This document shows positions 36,720 through 46,302 of a stretch of DNA of 64,000 bases, piece by piece. The number at the start of each line of letters is the position of its first letter. The first letter of the stretch is position 1. Source of the DNA: an uncultured Candidatus Saccharibacteria bacterium (lineage in GTDB: Bacteria; Patescibacteriota; Dojkabacteria; CAZCSM01); the NCBI GenBank assembly GCA_964501355.1, contig CAZCSM010000007.1, positions 1,096 to 65,095 on the forward strand, in the 5' to 3' direction. The notes under the pieces are model-generated. The model saw nothing but the letters and a program-made list of their open reading frames with translations, was not told the origin of the DNA and did no database searches. The position numbers and the translations under genes are program-made.

Positions 36720-37217
36720 TTATCCAAGAGTGACAACTGTTGACCCCACAACGATCATAATCAAGATTACGCCCATACACCCCGAAGTTGTCCCATCTAT
36801 ATTTATGTAATCAAAAATTGATTTTCCAAACTTCGACTGAAAACTATTTGCAACAAATTCTAACTTATTCTCATTTATTACATCTCCAATGTTTTTCATT
36901 GTAGTCCGAAGAGAGATATTCTCCATATTCCCTTCTGATAACAATTTCTGTTTCATTTTATTCCAATCAGCCTTGTAAACAGTATATGTTTTGGCATATT
37001 GGTATGTAATATCGCAATTACAATACAAATCAAAAGCTTGATTCCTTTCAACAATAATCATTTGCTCTAACATTGTCTGATAACCTTCTTTTTCTTCTTT
37101 TGATACTTTTGGTGGAATATATTTTTTCACGTCAATTGGATCCGAAAGTTTTCCACAAAAAACACAGAAGAAATAATTGTTATCGAATTCTTGACCACAA
37201 CTTCTGCACTTTTTCAT
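36720..37217 (-). CDS. Hypothetical zinc-ribbon protein with a C-terminal TM segment.
   Basis: N-terminal CRSCGQEF...CVFCGK (CxxC...CxxC). C-terminal hydrophobic GCMGVILIMIVVGSTVVTLG. Confidence 0.45.
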   Translation of the reverse strand: MKKCRSCGQEFDNNYFFCVFCGKLSDPIDVKKYIPPKVSKEEKEGYQTMLEQMIIVERNQAFDLYCNCDITYQYAKTYTVYKADWNKMKQKLLSEGNMENISLRTTMKNIGDVINENKLEFVANSFQSKFGKSIFDYINIDGTTSGCMGVILIMIVVGSTVVTLG

Positions 37218-37310
37218 TTTGGAATATAAAATAAATTAATCATAAATGTTGTGTGCTATACACAATCATCTTAGTCCCGATGACTTCGTCAAGAATACCT
37301 CTTTAGAAGT

Positions 37311-39320
37311 TTATTTCCACAAACTAAACTTTTTCGTCAAACTGTCAATCTTCTCCTTATCCCCGAACATTCCAATTGCATAATGCTGAAGATCATCAAC
37401 ATCCTTATCAGCTAAAACTTCTGCAATATCTTCATCCTTTTGAACTTCCAAATGTTCTTTCAGAAATTCGTAAAACATTAAATCTGATTCCTTCAATTGT
37501 TCCCGAAGATGTGCAAATTGTCCGGGTTTTGCGGAAAGAACAACGACAGGATATTGGCAAGAACGATCAAAACTTTCACCATCTTCCGTTTCAAACTCAG
37601 GCCCAGAGAAAAAGTTCTCATCAATCTTGTGGCCCAAGTATGCAGAAACATGACCAATTGAATTTAGGACTTTCCAATTCTCCAATTCATTATTCACGAT
37701 AATAACAATCTTCTTTGACAAATCCTGTTTGAAAGAGTCCTCCTTATGTTCACTTTGTTCTTCAACTGAATCCTCTTCTACAGAGTGAATTCTTCTAACA
37801 TTCTTGGCCACACCTTCAAAACTATGATTTTCGGCTGTGAGCTGACCGCCGTCCGCTGATAGCTGATCCACAGGCTTCATTAATGGGAAAGCGATAACTT
37901 CTCGCAAAGTTCTTGAGCCGGTAATTAGTGCTGCAAATCTATCAATTCCAATTCCCGTTCCGGTTGCAGGAGGCATTCCGTATTCAAGAGCTTCTACATA
38001 ATCCCAATCGTTGCTCATAGCCTCTTCATCCCCCTCCTCCTTGTTTTTAATCTGACCCTCAAATCGCTCCCTCTGATCAATTGGATCATTAAGTTCCGTG
38101 TACGAGTTGCTCAACTCAAAACCATTAACAATTAGTTGGAACATTTCCGTATATCTTGAATCCTCTGATTTTTTTGCCAAAGGTTTCAATTCAATCGGAT
38201 AATTCAGAACAAATGTTGGTTGAATAATCTTTGGTCGAGTTGTAGCTTTGAATAATTCATCGATCAACTTTCCTCGTTCTGTCACACCTTCTGTGCTATA
38301 ACCACGTTTCTCCATTTCTGCGGCGAGAGTTTCTGCTGTTGGGAAATCGTTCAGGTCAATTCCTGAATGTTGCAGAACAATATCATGGAACATAACTTTT
38401 GGATATGGAGGAGTAAAATCAAGTTGATTATCGTCATGTTCGAATTGAAGAGTTCCAATAGAATTTTTTATTACATAGGGAATCATCTCTTCGTGCATTC
38501 GCATATTATCCTCATAATCAGCAAACGCCCAATAATATTCAAGCATGGTGAACTCAGGATTATGCTGACGATCAACTCCTTCATTTCGAAAAGCTCTGCC
38601 CATATCGAAAACTTTTTCGAATCCACCAACGAGAAGTCTTTTCTGCCATAACTCTCCTGCACAAATTCTCAAATGAACATCAAGATCATAAGCATTCAGG
38701 TGAGAATCAAAAGTCTTTGCCATAGCACCGGAAGAAACAGTTTCAAGAATCGGTGTTTCAACTTCTATAAAACCCTGATCTTGAAGAAATTCTCGAAGAT
38801 AACGTAAGACCTTTCCTCGAACAACAATCTTCTCCCGTTGATCTGGATTGATGTTAAAATCTAAATATCGTCTTCGGTATCTCGCTTCCTCATCTTTCAA
38901 ACCAAAGTGTTCATTTGGCAAAGGTCGAAGTGACTTTGTTAACAATTTCAGATCTTCAACCATGATGGAAATCTGTCCCGTTTTTGTTCGAACAATTTCT
39001 CCACTTGCCTGAATGAAATCACCAAGATCGAAGAGTTTTAAGTTATCGTAAAAGTTTTCGATGTTTTCCTGTTTAATAAAGAGTTGAATCTCCCCAGTCT
39101 CATCGGCAATATCCCAGAAGGTTATTACTCCATGACCTCGAAGACTTTTAATCCGTCCAACAACGAAAGCCGTTTGACCTTCTAGTTCATCAAATTTATT
39201 TAAAATATCCCCACAGGTATGAGTTCTTTTTGATCGAGCGGGAAAAGTTTCGATTTCAAGACTTTGTAATTTTTGAAGTTTTTCCAAACGAACTTGTCTA
39301 AATTCTTCTAATGTCGCCAT
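37311..39320 (-). CDS. lysS: Lysyl-tRNA synthetase (class II) with a ~185-aa C-terminal extension.
   Basis: OB-fold anticodon-binding N-terminus; class II motifs (FRNEGVDRQHNPEFTMLEYY, GGFELSNSYTELNDP, GIGIDRF). The canonical end ...VIAFPLMKP is followed by an acidic linker and a ~135-aa alpha/beta-like domain (KKIVIIVNNEL...PVVVLSAKP...HYAIGMFGDKEKIDSLTKKFSLWK). Confidence 0.85.
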   Translation of the reverse strand: MATLEEFRQVRLEKLQKLQSLEIETFPARSKRTHTCGDILNKFDELEGQTAFVVGRIKSLRGHGVITFWDIADETGEIQLFIKQENIENFYDNLKLFDLGDFIQASGEIVRTKTGQISIMVEDLKLLTKSLRPLPNEHFGLKDEEARYRRRYLDFNINPDQREKIVVRGKVLRYLREFLQDQGFIEVETPILETVSSGAMAKTFDSHLNAYDLDVHLRICAGELWQKRLLVGGFEKVFDMGRAFRNEGVDRQHNPEFTMLEYYWAFADYEDNMRMHEEMIPYVIKNSIGTLQFEHDDNQLDFTPPYPKVMFHDIVLQHSGIDLNDFPTAETLAAEMEKRGYSTEGVTERGKLIDELFKATTRPKIIQPTFVLNYPIELKPLAKKSEDSRYTEMFQLIVNGFELSNSYTELNDPIDQRERFEGQIKNKEEGDEEAMSNDWDYVEALEYGMPPATGTGIGIDRFAALITGSRTLREVIAFPLMKPVDQLSADGGQLTAENHSFEGVAKNVRRIHSVEEDSVEEQSEHKEDSFKQDLSKKIVIIVNNELENWKVLNSIGHVSAYLGHKIDENFFSGPEFETEDGESFDRSCQYPVVVLSAKPGQFAHLREQLKESDLMFYEFLKEHLEVQKDEDIAEVLADKDVDDLQHYAIGMFGDKEKIDSLTKKFSLWK

Positions 39321-39378
39321 TTTGTTAAATAAAAAATAAAGTTTTAAAGTTATTGTTTCTAAATATACTCTTTTCCCT

Positions 39379-39560
39379 TTGTTATCTGTATTCGGTTGTT
39401 AGTCATTGAAGTCTGAAACAAGCCATTCCGGTAGTTATATGTATTTGATTGCTATTTGTCGGAACTAATTCTCCTCTCTGTCACTTCGTGACATCTCTCC
39501 TCCATAGGAGGAAAGTCTTGTTTCAGGAATTTTGGTTACTTTTGTTCCCAAAAGTAACAC
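39379..39560. repeat. Structured intergenic repeat, type A, copy 2 (with a ~45-bp internal insertion).
   Basis: ttatctgtattcggttgttagtcattgaagtctgaaacaag...cttgtttcaggaattttggttacttttgttcccaaaagtaacac. Confidence 0.6.
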
Positions 39561-39577
39561 CATATATTAAAATTCCT

Positions 39578-39620
39578 GGATCCCGGATCACGCTCACAAG
39601 TTCGCTGTCCGGGATGACAC
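39578..39620. repeat. REP-like hairpin unit (reverse orientation).
   Basis: The reverse complement reads gtgtcatcccggacagcgaacttgtgagcgtgatccgggatcc, the same architecture as the unit at 8961-9004. Confidence 0.55.
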
Positions 39621-39625
39621 CGCCC

Positions 39626-40141
39626 TTACTTAAGAATCTTCAGTAACACATTCTCATCAAAATATTCCACTGCCCTATTCCAGCCCTCTGCAGTTGGTGC
39701 CCAAGGGATAAGCTTTTCAATATCACTAATTGGCACTGCCTTTACGAATTTGATAACAGGCGTATCGTCATCCTCATCCTCATGTGGCTCCAAAGTTAAT
39801 TCCGCTGCCAATTTATCTAAAACAATCACATATCTCTCCTGCAAAAACTTCTCTTCAGGAAACTTAATCAAGTAATAACCTAATTTTGCAACACAATCTA
39901 AATTATCTTCAATATCAATGCCCGTTTCCTCATAAACTTCACGCAAAAGAGTTTCCTGCCAGGATTCCGTACCATTCGGGTGGCCTCCCGGAAAATGCCA
40001 ATCTTCATTATTTTTAGAAACAATCACAATATGTTTATCCTTTGTAAAAAGGAAACAATATCTTTGTCGAATTTTAATATCTGAATGTTCCTCTAAAACA
40101 TTTTCCGAACAATCAAACCAGGTTCTGGTAAACTCTGCCAT
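39626..40141 (-). CDS. NUDIX hydrolase.
   Basis: Nudix box GGHPNGTESWQETLLREVYEETGI. Confidence 0.75.
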   Translation of the reverse strand: MAEFTRTWFDCSENVLEEHSDIKIRQRYCFLFTKDKHIVIVSKNNEDWHFPGGHPNGTESWQETLLREVYEETGIDIEDNLDCVAKLGYYLIKFPEEKFLQERYVIVLDKLAAELTLEPHEDEDDDTPVIKFVKAVPISDIEKLIPWAPTAEGWNRAVEYFDENVLLKILK

Positions 40142-40306
40142 CGTTTGAAAACTTATTTAACAAACCCCACTGACTCGCAATGCTCGTCTTCCCCCCTTGA
40201 GCTCAAGGGGAGATTGAGAGGGGTTTGACTTAAAATGCAAAAATCGCCCCCATTTAGTTTCCATCATTATTATAATAGAAACTAAACAAGGACGATAGTA
40301 TTAATT

Positions 40307-40381
40307 GTGTCATCTCGAATTTATTTCGGGATCTCGTGAGCAAACATCAGACGGGATCCTGAAACGAGTTCAGGATGACAG
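40307..40381. repeat. REP-like double-hairpin unit.
   Basis: gtgtcatctcgaatttatttcgggatctcg...gggatcctgaaacgagttcaggatgacag. The second stem is atcctgaa/ttcaggat, as in the unit at 12597-12662. Confidence 0.5.
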
Positions 40382-40619
40382 TACCGCGGTACCACCTTAT
40401 TTCAAAATATTATTACTAATATTTCCTCTGCTCCTAAGGGAGAAATTCCAAATTCAAAATTTCAAATCCCAAACAATCTCCAATTCGCAAAACATTAATT
40501 ATCTAAATGCCTCCTAATTTAGCTAGGTTCTTGTTTGGAAATTGGTGCTTAGTATTTTGAATTTACTCCGCAGGAGTCCTTGCTCTATAACGGGAGTTCC
40601 CGACTAGTTCTACTTGAAT

Positions 40620-40672
40620 TTGTCATCCTCGACCTGATCGGGGATCTAGATTCCCGTCTCCGCGGAAATGAC
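40620..40672. repeat. REP-like unit (degenerate).
   Basis: ttgtcatcctcgacctgatcggggatctag...ggaaatgac. Confidence 0.35.
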
Positions 40673-40792
40673 TCCATTCTTTCTTCTAGCAGCTTGAAAG
40701 TTCTTAATCTGATTTCTGTTGAAAGCTTTCAGCAATCTTTCTTGCTATTTTCGAAATCAAAAATTCTTCCTTAAAACGCTTTTATTAATATT

Positions 40793-41257
40793 CTATTTGC
40801 AACGAATTGAAACAACTTCAATTTCTTGTTCGCCACCATCAGGTCGAACAATATAAACAGTCTCACCTTTCTTCGCTCCAAGCAAAGCTTGTCCAAGAGG
40901 TGATTCATACGAGATTCTACCTTCTTTTGGATCCGTTTCGCTAGCACCGACAAGTCGCAATTCCTTTTCCCCCATTCCCATATTTACAGTAACCCAAGCA
41001 CCCAGAGTAACGTAATCAGTATTGCAGATGTTTTCATCAATCAGTTCAGCCTTTTCCAGAATCATTTCAATTTCCTCAATTCGTCCTTGAACTTCGTCTC
41101 GTTCTTGCATTGCCTCAGCATAGGTGGCATCTTCCATCTGATCCTTCATGGTGCTATCTGCCAGCTTATCTGCAATCTTTCCCGTAAGAATAGAATTAAG
41201 TTCTTCTAATTCCTTTTTCAACTCTGATTTATGTTCTTTTGTTATGTATGTTCCCAT
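40793..41257 (-). CDS. GreA-family transcript cleavage factor paralog (diverged coiled-coil tip; possibly Gfh-like).
   Basis: GreA N-terminal coiled coil plus C-terminal FKBP-like domain (GAWVTVNMGMGEKELRLVGASETDP). The tip motif is KDQMEDATY rather than the canonical DLSENAAY. Confidence 0.65.
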   Translation of the reverse strand: MGTYITKEHKSELKKELEELNSILTGKIADKLADSTMKDQMEDATYAEAMQERDEVQGRIEEIEMILEKAELIDENICNTDYVTLGAWVTVNMGMGEKELRLVGASETDPKEGRISYESPLGQALLGAKKGETVYIVRPDGGEQEIEVVSIRCK

Positions 41258-41317
41258 TTTATTTTTTATGAATTAACCTACAAGTCTAACGTGACCTTCG
41301 ATATATCATTACATATT

Positions 41318-41779
41318 TTAGTCAACCTTAACGACTCGAAAAATGCGATCTCCGGTAGGAAGTGTTATCGTTACGTCCTCTCCTGGCTTCTTTCCCATAA
41401 GAGCAGAACCGATTGGAGATTCGTTTGAAATTCTCCCGCCAATTGGATCCGCTTCCATTGCACCAACTACTTCATAGACAGTTTCCTTCCCTGCAATTGA
41501 AACGGTAACTTTGCTGCCTAATGAAACTTCACCATTTGAAGATTTTTCAATAATTTCTGCTCGAGAAATCATATCTTCAAGATCTCTGATTAACTTTTCA
41601 TTTAGAGTTCGATCTTCAAGAGCTGCCTTGTATGCAGCATTTTCGGACAAATCTCCCATTCGGCGAGCATCCTCAATTGCATCTGCAATTTTAGTTCGAA
41701 CAGTAGTTAAACGTTCTTGTAATTCTTGTTTTAATTTTTCCAACCCAATTCGGGTTAATTGTAATTTTGTATCTTTCAT
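41318..41779 (-). CDS. greA: Transcription elongation factor GreA.
   Basis: Canonical GDLSENAAYKAA tip motif and C-terminal domain (VSLGSKVTVSIAGKETVYEVVGAMEADP). Confidence 0.85.
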   Translation of the reverse strand: MKDTKLQLTRIGLEKLKQELQERLTTVRTKIADAIEDARRMGDLSENAAYKAALEDRTLNEKLIRDLEDMISRAEIIEKSSNGEVSLGSKVTVSIAGKETVYEVVGAMEADPIGGRISNESPIGSALMGKKPGEDVTITLPTGDRIFRVVKVD

Positions 41780-42279
41780 TTTTTAATATCTAAATTTATA
41801 AAGGCAAATAAAAAACCTATTTCATTGAGCACATCAATAAATCTTACGATTTCTGGTTGCTCGATGAAATAGGTTATCTAATCATAAACAAACCAGACAC
41901 TCTTAGGTGCTTTGGTTGCTTGCAGAGCGTATTCAGTTTTCTGCTAGTTGGCAAACGCATTGTCTGGCTGTTCTATGTATATTACTAAATATATTGAACA
42001 TAATAATTAACGAAGTCGATAATACAGTTATGAAATTTAAAAGTCAAGCATGGTTATTCAAACGAACTGTATCCCAACCCATGACGCAAAATCACACGAG
42101 TGTGTATATTAAAGGGTGAATATTAAATAAAAGTAAACTGGATTATATCAAGACAAATGAACCTGATTAACTGAGACTTCACATTGCCACTTGTGCAATT
42201 TCAAAACTGAAGTTTTTCTTTTTCTTTTTATCTTTCCTTGTGCTATATTTAAATTAATCAGTTGTCATAAACCGTAATT

Positions 42280-43047
42280 ATGAAAAAACAAGGACTTCAA
42301 CTTCATCAAGTTTTAGGAATAATTGCAATCCTAGCTGTGCTTGGACTAACCGTCTACATTGCTATTCAGAGAACGCAGCTTCTTTCTGAAGCAGGTGCGT
42401 CAGAAGATCCCAAATTCATTAACGTACTGAATGAGAATGCTGATGGTTTCACTATTGGCTGGGTAACGACAAAAAGCACTCAAGGAGCAATTCTTCTACC
42501 GGAAGAAGGACTAACATTTGTTGAAAAAGAAGAAAAAAGCAAAACACATTTAATTGAAATTACCGGTTTAGAAGCGGGAAAAAGATATGCTTTTCAAGTT
42601 TTATCTGGAACCATACTTGATGATAATGCCGGAGTTAATTATGAAGCATTCACAACAAAATACCAATTCCCGGTTGAAAATAAATTGCTTTTTGGAAGAA
42701 TATTTGGCAAAGACAGCGTTACACCATTATCAGATGGTTATGTAACAATCCATGCCGAAGTGAATGGTGTTACCACGAACAAGATTTATTCTCAACTAAA
42801 TGAGCAAGGTGGTTGGCAACTCGATTACTCCCTACTCCTGAGTAAAACACTTACGCAAAGGTTTGATGTTACGCAAAAAGCATTGGTAACATTGTCCATT
42901 TATTCGCCGGAGATTACAGATCCGGTTACTCGAAGCTACGATATTAAGCTTAGTGAAACACTGCAAATCACTGATATTTTCCTAGGAGAAGACGTTCCTT
43001 GGGAGTTACCAGCAATTGAGGATGAGAGCATACAAGTACAGCCATGA
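42280..43047 (+). CDS. Hypothetical membrane-anchored protein (N-terminal TM segment, beta-rich ectodomain).
   Basis: TM helix GIIAILAVLGLTVYIAI. The stop overlaps the start of the L,D-transpeptidase gene (ATGA). Confidence 0.45.
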   Translation: MKKQGLQLHQVLGIIAILAVLGLTVYIAIQRTQLLSEAGASEDPKFINVLNENADGFTIGWVTTKSTQGAILLPEEGLTFVEKEEKSKTHLIEITGLEAGKRYAFQVLSGTILDDNAGVNYEAFTTKYQFPVENKLLFGRIFGKDSVTPLSDGYVTIHAEVNGVTTNKIYSQLNEQGGWQLDYSLLLSKTLTQRFDVTQKALVTLSIYSPEITDPVTRSYDIKLSETLQITDIFLGEDVPWELPAIEDESIQVQP

Positions 43048-43706
43048 GACTTGAGCTTAGCTCGAAAAAGCTAGATGGAAATCCGTTCTTCAGCACAAGA
43101 AAAGTAATTCTTTTTTCTACCATTCTATTCATATCCATAACAATCGGATATTTTATCATCCCTCAGATTCTGGAAAATCCATCGTCGAATGAGGAAGATA
43201 TTGTTTTCCCCCTACTCTCAGAAATAACCGTTGAAAGCGAAGAAACCCTAGAAGAGGCTTTCCCTAACGAATATGAGGTCAAACTCCTTGATGATTGGTT
43301 GCCATTAATTCCAAGCGCACTGGATGAAACCGAGTGGATTATCGTGGTTGACAGATCGGAGCAAAAAGATTACGTTTTTCAAAACAGGAAGTTTGTAAAA
43401 AGCTACATTGTATCCACAGGATCAGCAACAAGATATGAATATGATGCAACACTACCACTCGGTGTATGGAGAGTCGGAACCAAATACGATTACAGCCTAG
43501 GAGAAATCTACGGCCCAAGACTTATGTACCTAGAAATTTGGAGAGGAAGTTTTTTTGAGAAAACGCTGAAAGCTCTGCACGGAACTAACGAGCCGGAGAA
43601 TTTAGGACAGGCGACATCAATGGGTTGCGTCTATCATTCGAACGAGGATATAATCGAGCTATTCGATTTGATTCCGGAGGGAACATTAGTAATAACTGTT
43701 GAATAA
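43044..43706 (+). CDS. L,D-transpeptidase (YkuD-family) catalytic-domain protein.
   Basis: N-terminal TM segment. C-terminal HGTNEPENLGQATSMGCVYHSNEDIIELF matches the His/Cys LDT catalytic motif (HGT...S-x-GC). Confidence 0.6.
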   Translation: MRLELSSKKLDGNPFFSTRKVILFSTILFISITIGYFIIPQILENPSSNEEDIVFPLLSEITVESEETLEEAFPNEYEVKLLDDWLPLIPSALDETEWIIVVDRSEQKDYVFQNRKFVKSYIVSTGSATRYEYDATLPLGVWRVGTKYDYSLGEIYGPRLMYLEIWRGSFFEKTLKALHGTNEPENLGQATSMGCVYHSNEDIIELFDLIPEGTLVITVE

Positions 43707-43745
43707 CAGTTTCAAATCCTGTAAAATACGAACGCAACTGAATAT

Positions 43746-43822
43746 GGCCCCTTCGTCTAGCGGTCTAGGACATCGCCTTCTCAAGGCGGGAATCGCGGGT
43801 TCAAATCCCGCAGGGGTCACCA
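43746..43822 (+). tRNA. tRNA-Glu (anticodon CTC), with encoded CCA.
   Basis: GGCCCCTTCGTCTAGCGGTCTAGGACATCGCCTTCTCAAGGCGGGAATCGCGGGTTCAAATCCCGCAGGGGTCACCA folds as a cloverleaf: acceptor GGCCCCT/AGGGGTC, anticodon stem TCGCC/GGCGG with loop TTCTCAA, T-loop TTCAAAT. Confidence 0.8.
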
Positions 43823-44290
43823 TGAAGTTCCCAATCCACATGAAGTGGATTTTTTGTTTTTATCGTCATATCTACGCAAATCCTATAATACGTGACTTTA
43901 TCTTTTTTTAATGTTATAATCATCCCACAATTATTCAGAGTAGATCCAAGTGGATATACAAGTACATTAATCTCATTGATTAATTATTCAGACATCGAAG
44001 TACGCTGTAGCAGATGAAAATGCTACGAAAGACGGTACTTCCAGTGCCGAGAGCGTACTTAATTATTCCCCAGAAGAGACAAATTTTAATTATTTCTCGG
44101 ACATCTATTTTGCATAACCCGGTAGATTATCGGGAGATAGAATTGTGCATTAATGCACAAATTGATTCTTAAGTTTTGAAAATTATAAACTAAGGGATCA
44201 CTTCTATCCTTGTCCGTCGTAGCAAACAAACTAGACTTTCAAAGAGTTTGCGAAGACGGATTAAATTACGTTTATAAAAAAAACAAAACA

Positions 44291-45577
44291 ATGGAAACAA
44301 AAAACACGAACACAAAACAATATTCGCCAAGATCCGGTAGTTCACGATCGGGAGGTTTCAGAAGATCCGGAAACGGAGGATCTGGAAGATCCTATGGAGG
44401 AGGACGATCCTTTGGCGGAGGCAGATCTAGATTTCAAGGACGAAGAGGCGGCGGCAGATCAAATCGATTCGGCGGCGCAAAAATCAACCCTGAAAGATAT
44501 ATTGCGAAAGCTATAGAATCAGACGCTCCAGAAATGTATGTTTCAAGTTATGGATATAATGACTTGGACTTACATGAATCTTTGAAACAGAACATCATAA
44601 GACGTTACAAGAACCCAACAAAAATTCAGGACCAGGCAATTCCTCATATTATTGCAGGAAAAGATATCCTTGGTCTTGCAAGTACAGGTTCTGGCAAAAC
44701 AGCAGCTTTCTTAATTCCTTTGATTAACAAGGTTTTAAGAGGTGAACAACAGAGATGTTTGACAATTGTCCCAACAAGAGATCTTGCATTCCAAATTCAA
44801 GAAGAATTTAACAAGTTTGTTGTAGGAACTAGACTTGAATCTACACTTGTCATTGGTGGAGCAAGCATGGGTAAACAAATCAGCCAATTAAGACGAAGAC
44901 CACAATTTATCTTCGGAACACCTGGACGATTAAAGGATTTAACTAATAGAAACGTTTTGCAACTTAACTACTTCAACAACATTGTTCTTGATGAGGTCGA
45001 TAGAATGCTAGATATGGGATTCATTGAAGATATTCGATTCTTAATTTCAAAAATGAACCAACAGAAGCAATCTATGTTCTTCTCTGCAACAATGACGAGA
45101 CAAGCAGAAGATATTGCAAATACACTTCTTGTAGATCCTGTCAGAGTACAAGTCGCAATACAGTCTCCAGGAAAAAATGTTGACCAGGATATTATTAGAG
45201 TGAAATCTGAAAACGAGAAAGTTGAAAAGCTTCACGACCTGTTAATCCAAGACGGTGTAAATAAAGTTTTGGTTTTCACAAGAACTAAACGTGGAGCTGA
45301 CAGAGTTAACTATGATTTGCAAGACCGAGGATTCAAAGTTTCCGCAATTCATGGAGATAAAACTCAATCAAAAAGAAAAAGAGTTATTGAAGACTTCCAA
45401 AATAGCAGAATCCAAGTTCTCGTTGCAACGGATGTTGCATCAAGAGGTCTTGATATCAAAGATATTACACATGTTGTAAACTATGATGAGCCAGCAACAT
45501 ATGAAGATTACATTCATAGAATCGGAAGAACTGGAAGAATTGGAAAAAAGGGCGTTGCGCTAACGTTTGTGAAGTAA
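44291..45577 (+). CDS. DEAD-box ATP-dependent RNA helicase with an N-terminal RGG/RS-rich low-complexity region.
   Basis: Motif I ASTGSGKTAAF; Ia PTRDLAFQ; II DEVDRMLDMGF; III SAT; VI HRIGRTGRIGKKG. The N-terminus is SGGFRRSGNGGSGRSYGGGRSFGGGRSRFQGRRGGGRS. Start chosen at METKNT (44291); the track ORF begins at 44210. Confidence 0.85.
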   Translation: METKNTNTKQYSPRSGSSRSGGFRRSGNGGSGRSYGGGRSFGGGRSRFQGRRGGGRSNRFGGAKINPERYIAKAIESDAPEMYVSSYGYNDLDLHESLKQNIIRRYKNPTKIQDQAIPHIIAGKDILGLASTGSGKTAAFLIPLINKVLRGEQQRCLTIVPTRDLAFQIQEEFNKFVVGTRLESTLVIGGASMGKQISQLRRRPQFIFGTPGRLKDLTNRNVLQLNYFNNIVLDEVDRMLDMGFIEDIRFLISKMNQQKQSMFFSATMTRQAEDIANTLLVDPVRVQVAIQSPGKNVDQDIIRVKSENEKVEKLHDLLIQDGVNKVLVFTRTKRGADRVNYDLQDRGFKVSAIHGDKTQSKRKRVIEDFQNSRIQVLVATDVASRGLDIKDITHVVNYDEPATYEDYIHRIGRTGRIGKKGVALTFVK

Positions 45578-45583
45578 ATTCCT

Positions 45584-45646
45584 GTAGGGACAACCCTAGA
45601 GTTGTCCCTACCATTTATAATCCCAACGCAAGTTGGGATTTTTTAT
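45584..45646 (+). terminator. Tandem terminators: the 28-bp palindrome GTAGGGACAACCCTAGAGTTGTCCCTAC followed by a hairpin atcccaacgcaagttgggat plus a T-run.
   Basis: The second hairpin is followed by ttttttatt. The first palindrome is a near-copy of the one after serS. Confidence 0.6.
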
Positions 45647-45681
45647 TGTATAATTTGTTCTGTAATTGAATTCATACGAAA

Positions 45682-46299
45682 ATGCTAACCATATACCTCG
45701 CAAGGCACGGACAAGATGAAGATAACGCTAACGGTATTCTGAATGGGCAAAGGGACAATCCGTTAACAAAAATTGGCAGAGAGCAGGCAGCTGCACTTGC
45801 AAGAAAGATTAAAGAGCTAAATACCAAATTCACAAAAATTTATTCCTCGCCGTTAAAGCGCGCATTTGAAACCGCAATGATTATTAGCGAGAAGATCAAT
45901 GCACCGAGACCGGAGATTATTGATGATCTAATCGAAAGAGATTTCGGTATCATGACAGGAAAACCGATATCTTCTATCGAGGAGGCTTGTAAACCAGATA
46001 TTCTCATTACCGATACCATTATATATTTTCTAAACGCGAAAGGAGCAGAAACATATCCCGCATTATTAGAAAGAGCAAAAAAGTTTATAGACTTTATTAA
46101 TAATCAAAAACTCGAGGGAGATATTCTTATCATAACTCACGGTGATATGGGGAAGTTACTTTACGCTGCATACTACAAACTTCCCTGGAAAGAAGTTTTG
46201 AAGATGTTTCACTTTGGGAATTCAGATTTAATAAAGCTTTCTCAAGACACGAAACCCCAAGATGCACACGTGTTTGAGAATAGACAATATAATCTTTAA
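45682..46299 (+). CDS. Histidine phosphatase family protein (phosphoglycerate mutase-like).
   Basis: N-terminal LARHGQ (RHG catalytic motif) and an overall GpmB-like layout. Confidence 0.7.
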   Translation: MLTIYLARHGQDEDNANGILNGQRDNPLTKIGREQAAALARKIKELNTKFTKIYSSPLKRAFETAMIISEKINAPRPEIIDDLIERDFGIMTGKPISSIEEACKPDILITDTIIYFLNAKGAETYPALLERAKKFIDFINNQKLEGDILIITHGDMGKLLYAAYYKLPWKEVLKMFHFGNSDLIKLSQDTKPQDAHVFENRQYNL

Positions 46300-46302
46300 T
46301 TT

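Noticed and set aside
43699-43911. 70-aa ORF overlapping the tRNA-Glu.
   Set aside because: It is an artifact of translating through the tRNA gene. The cloverleaf assignment explains the sequence.
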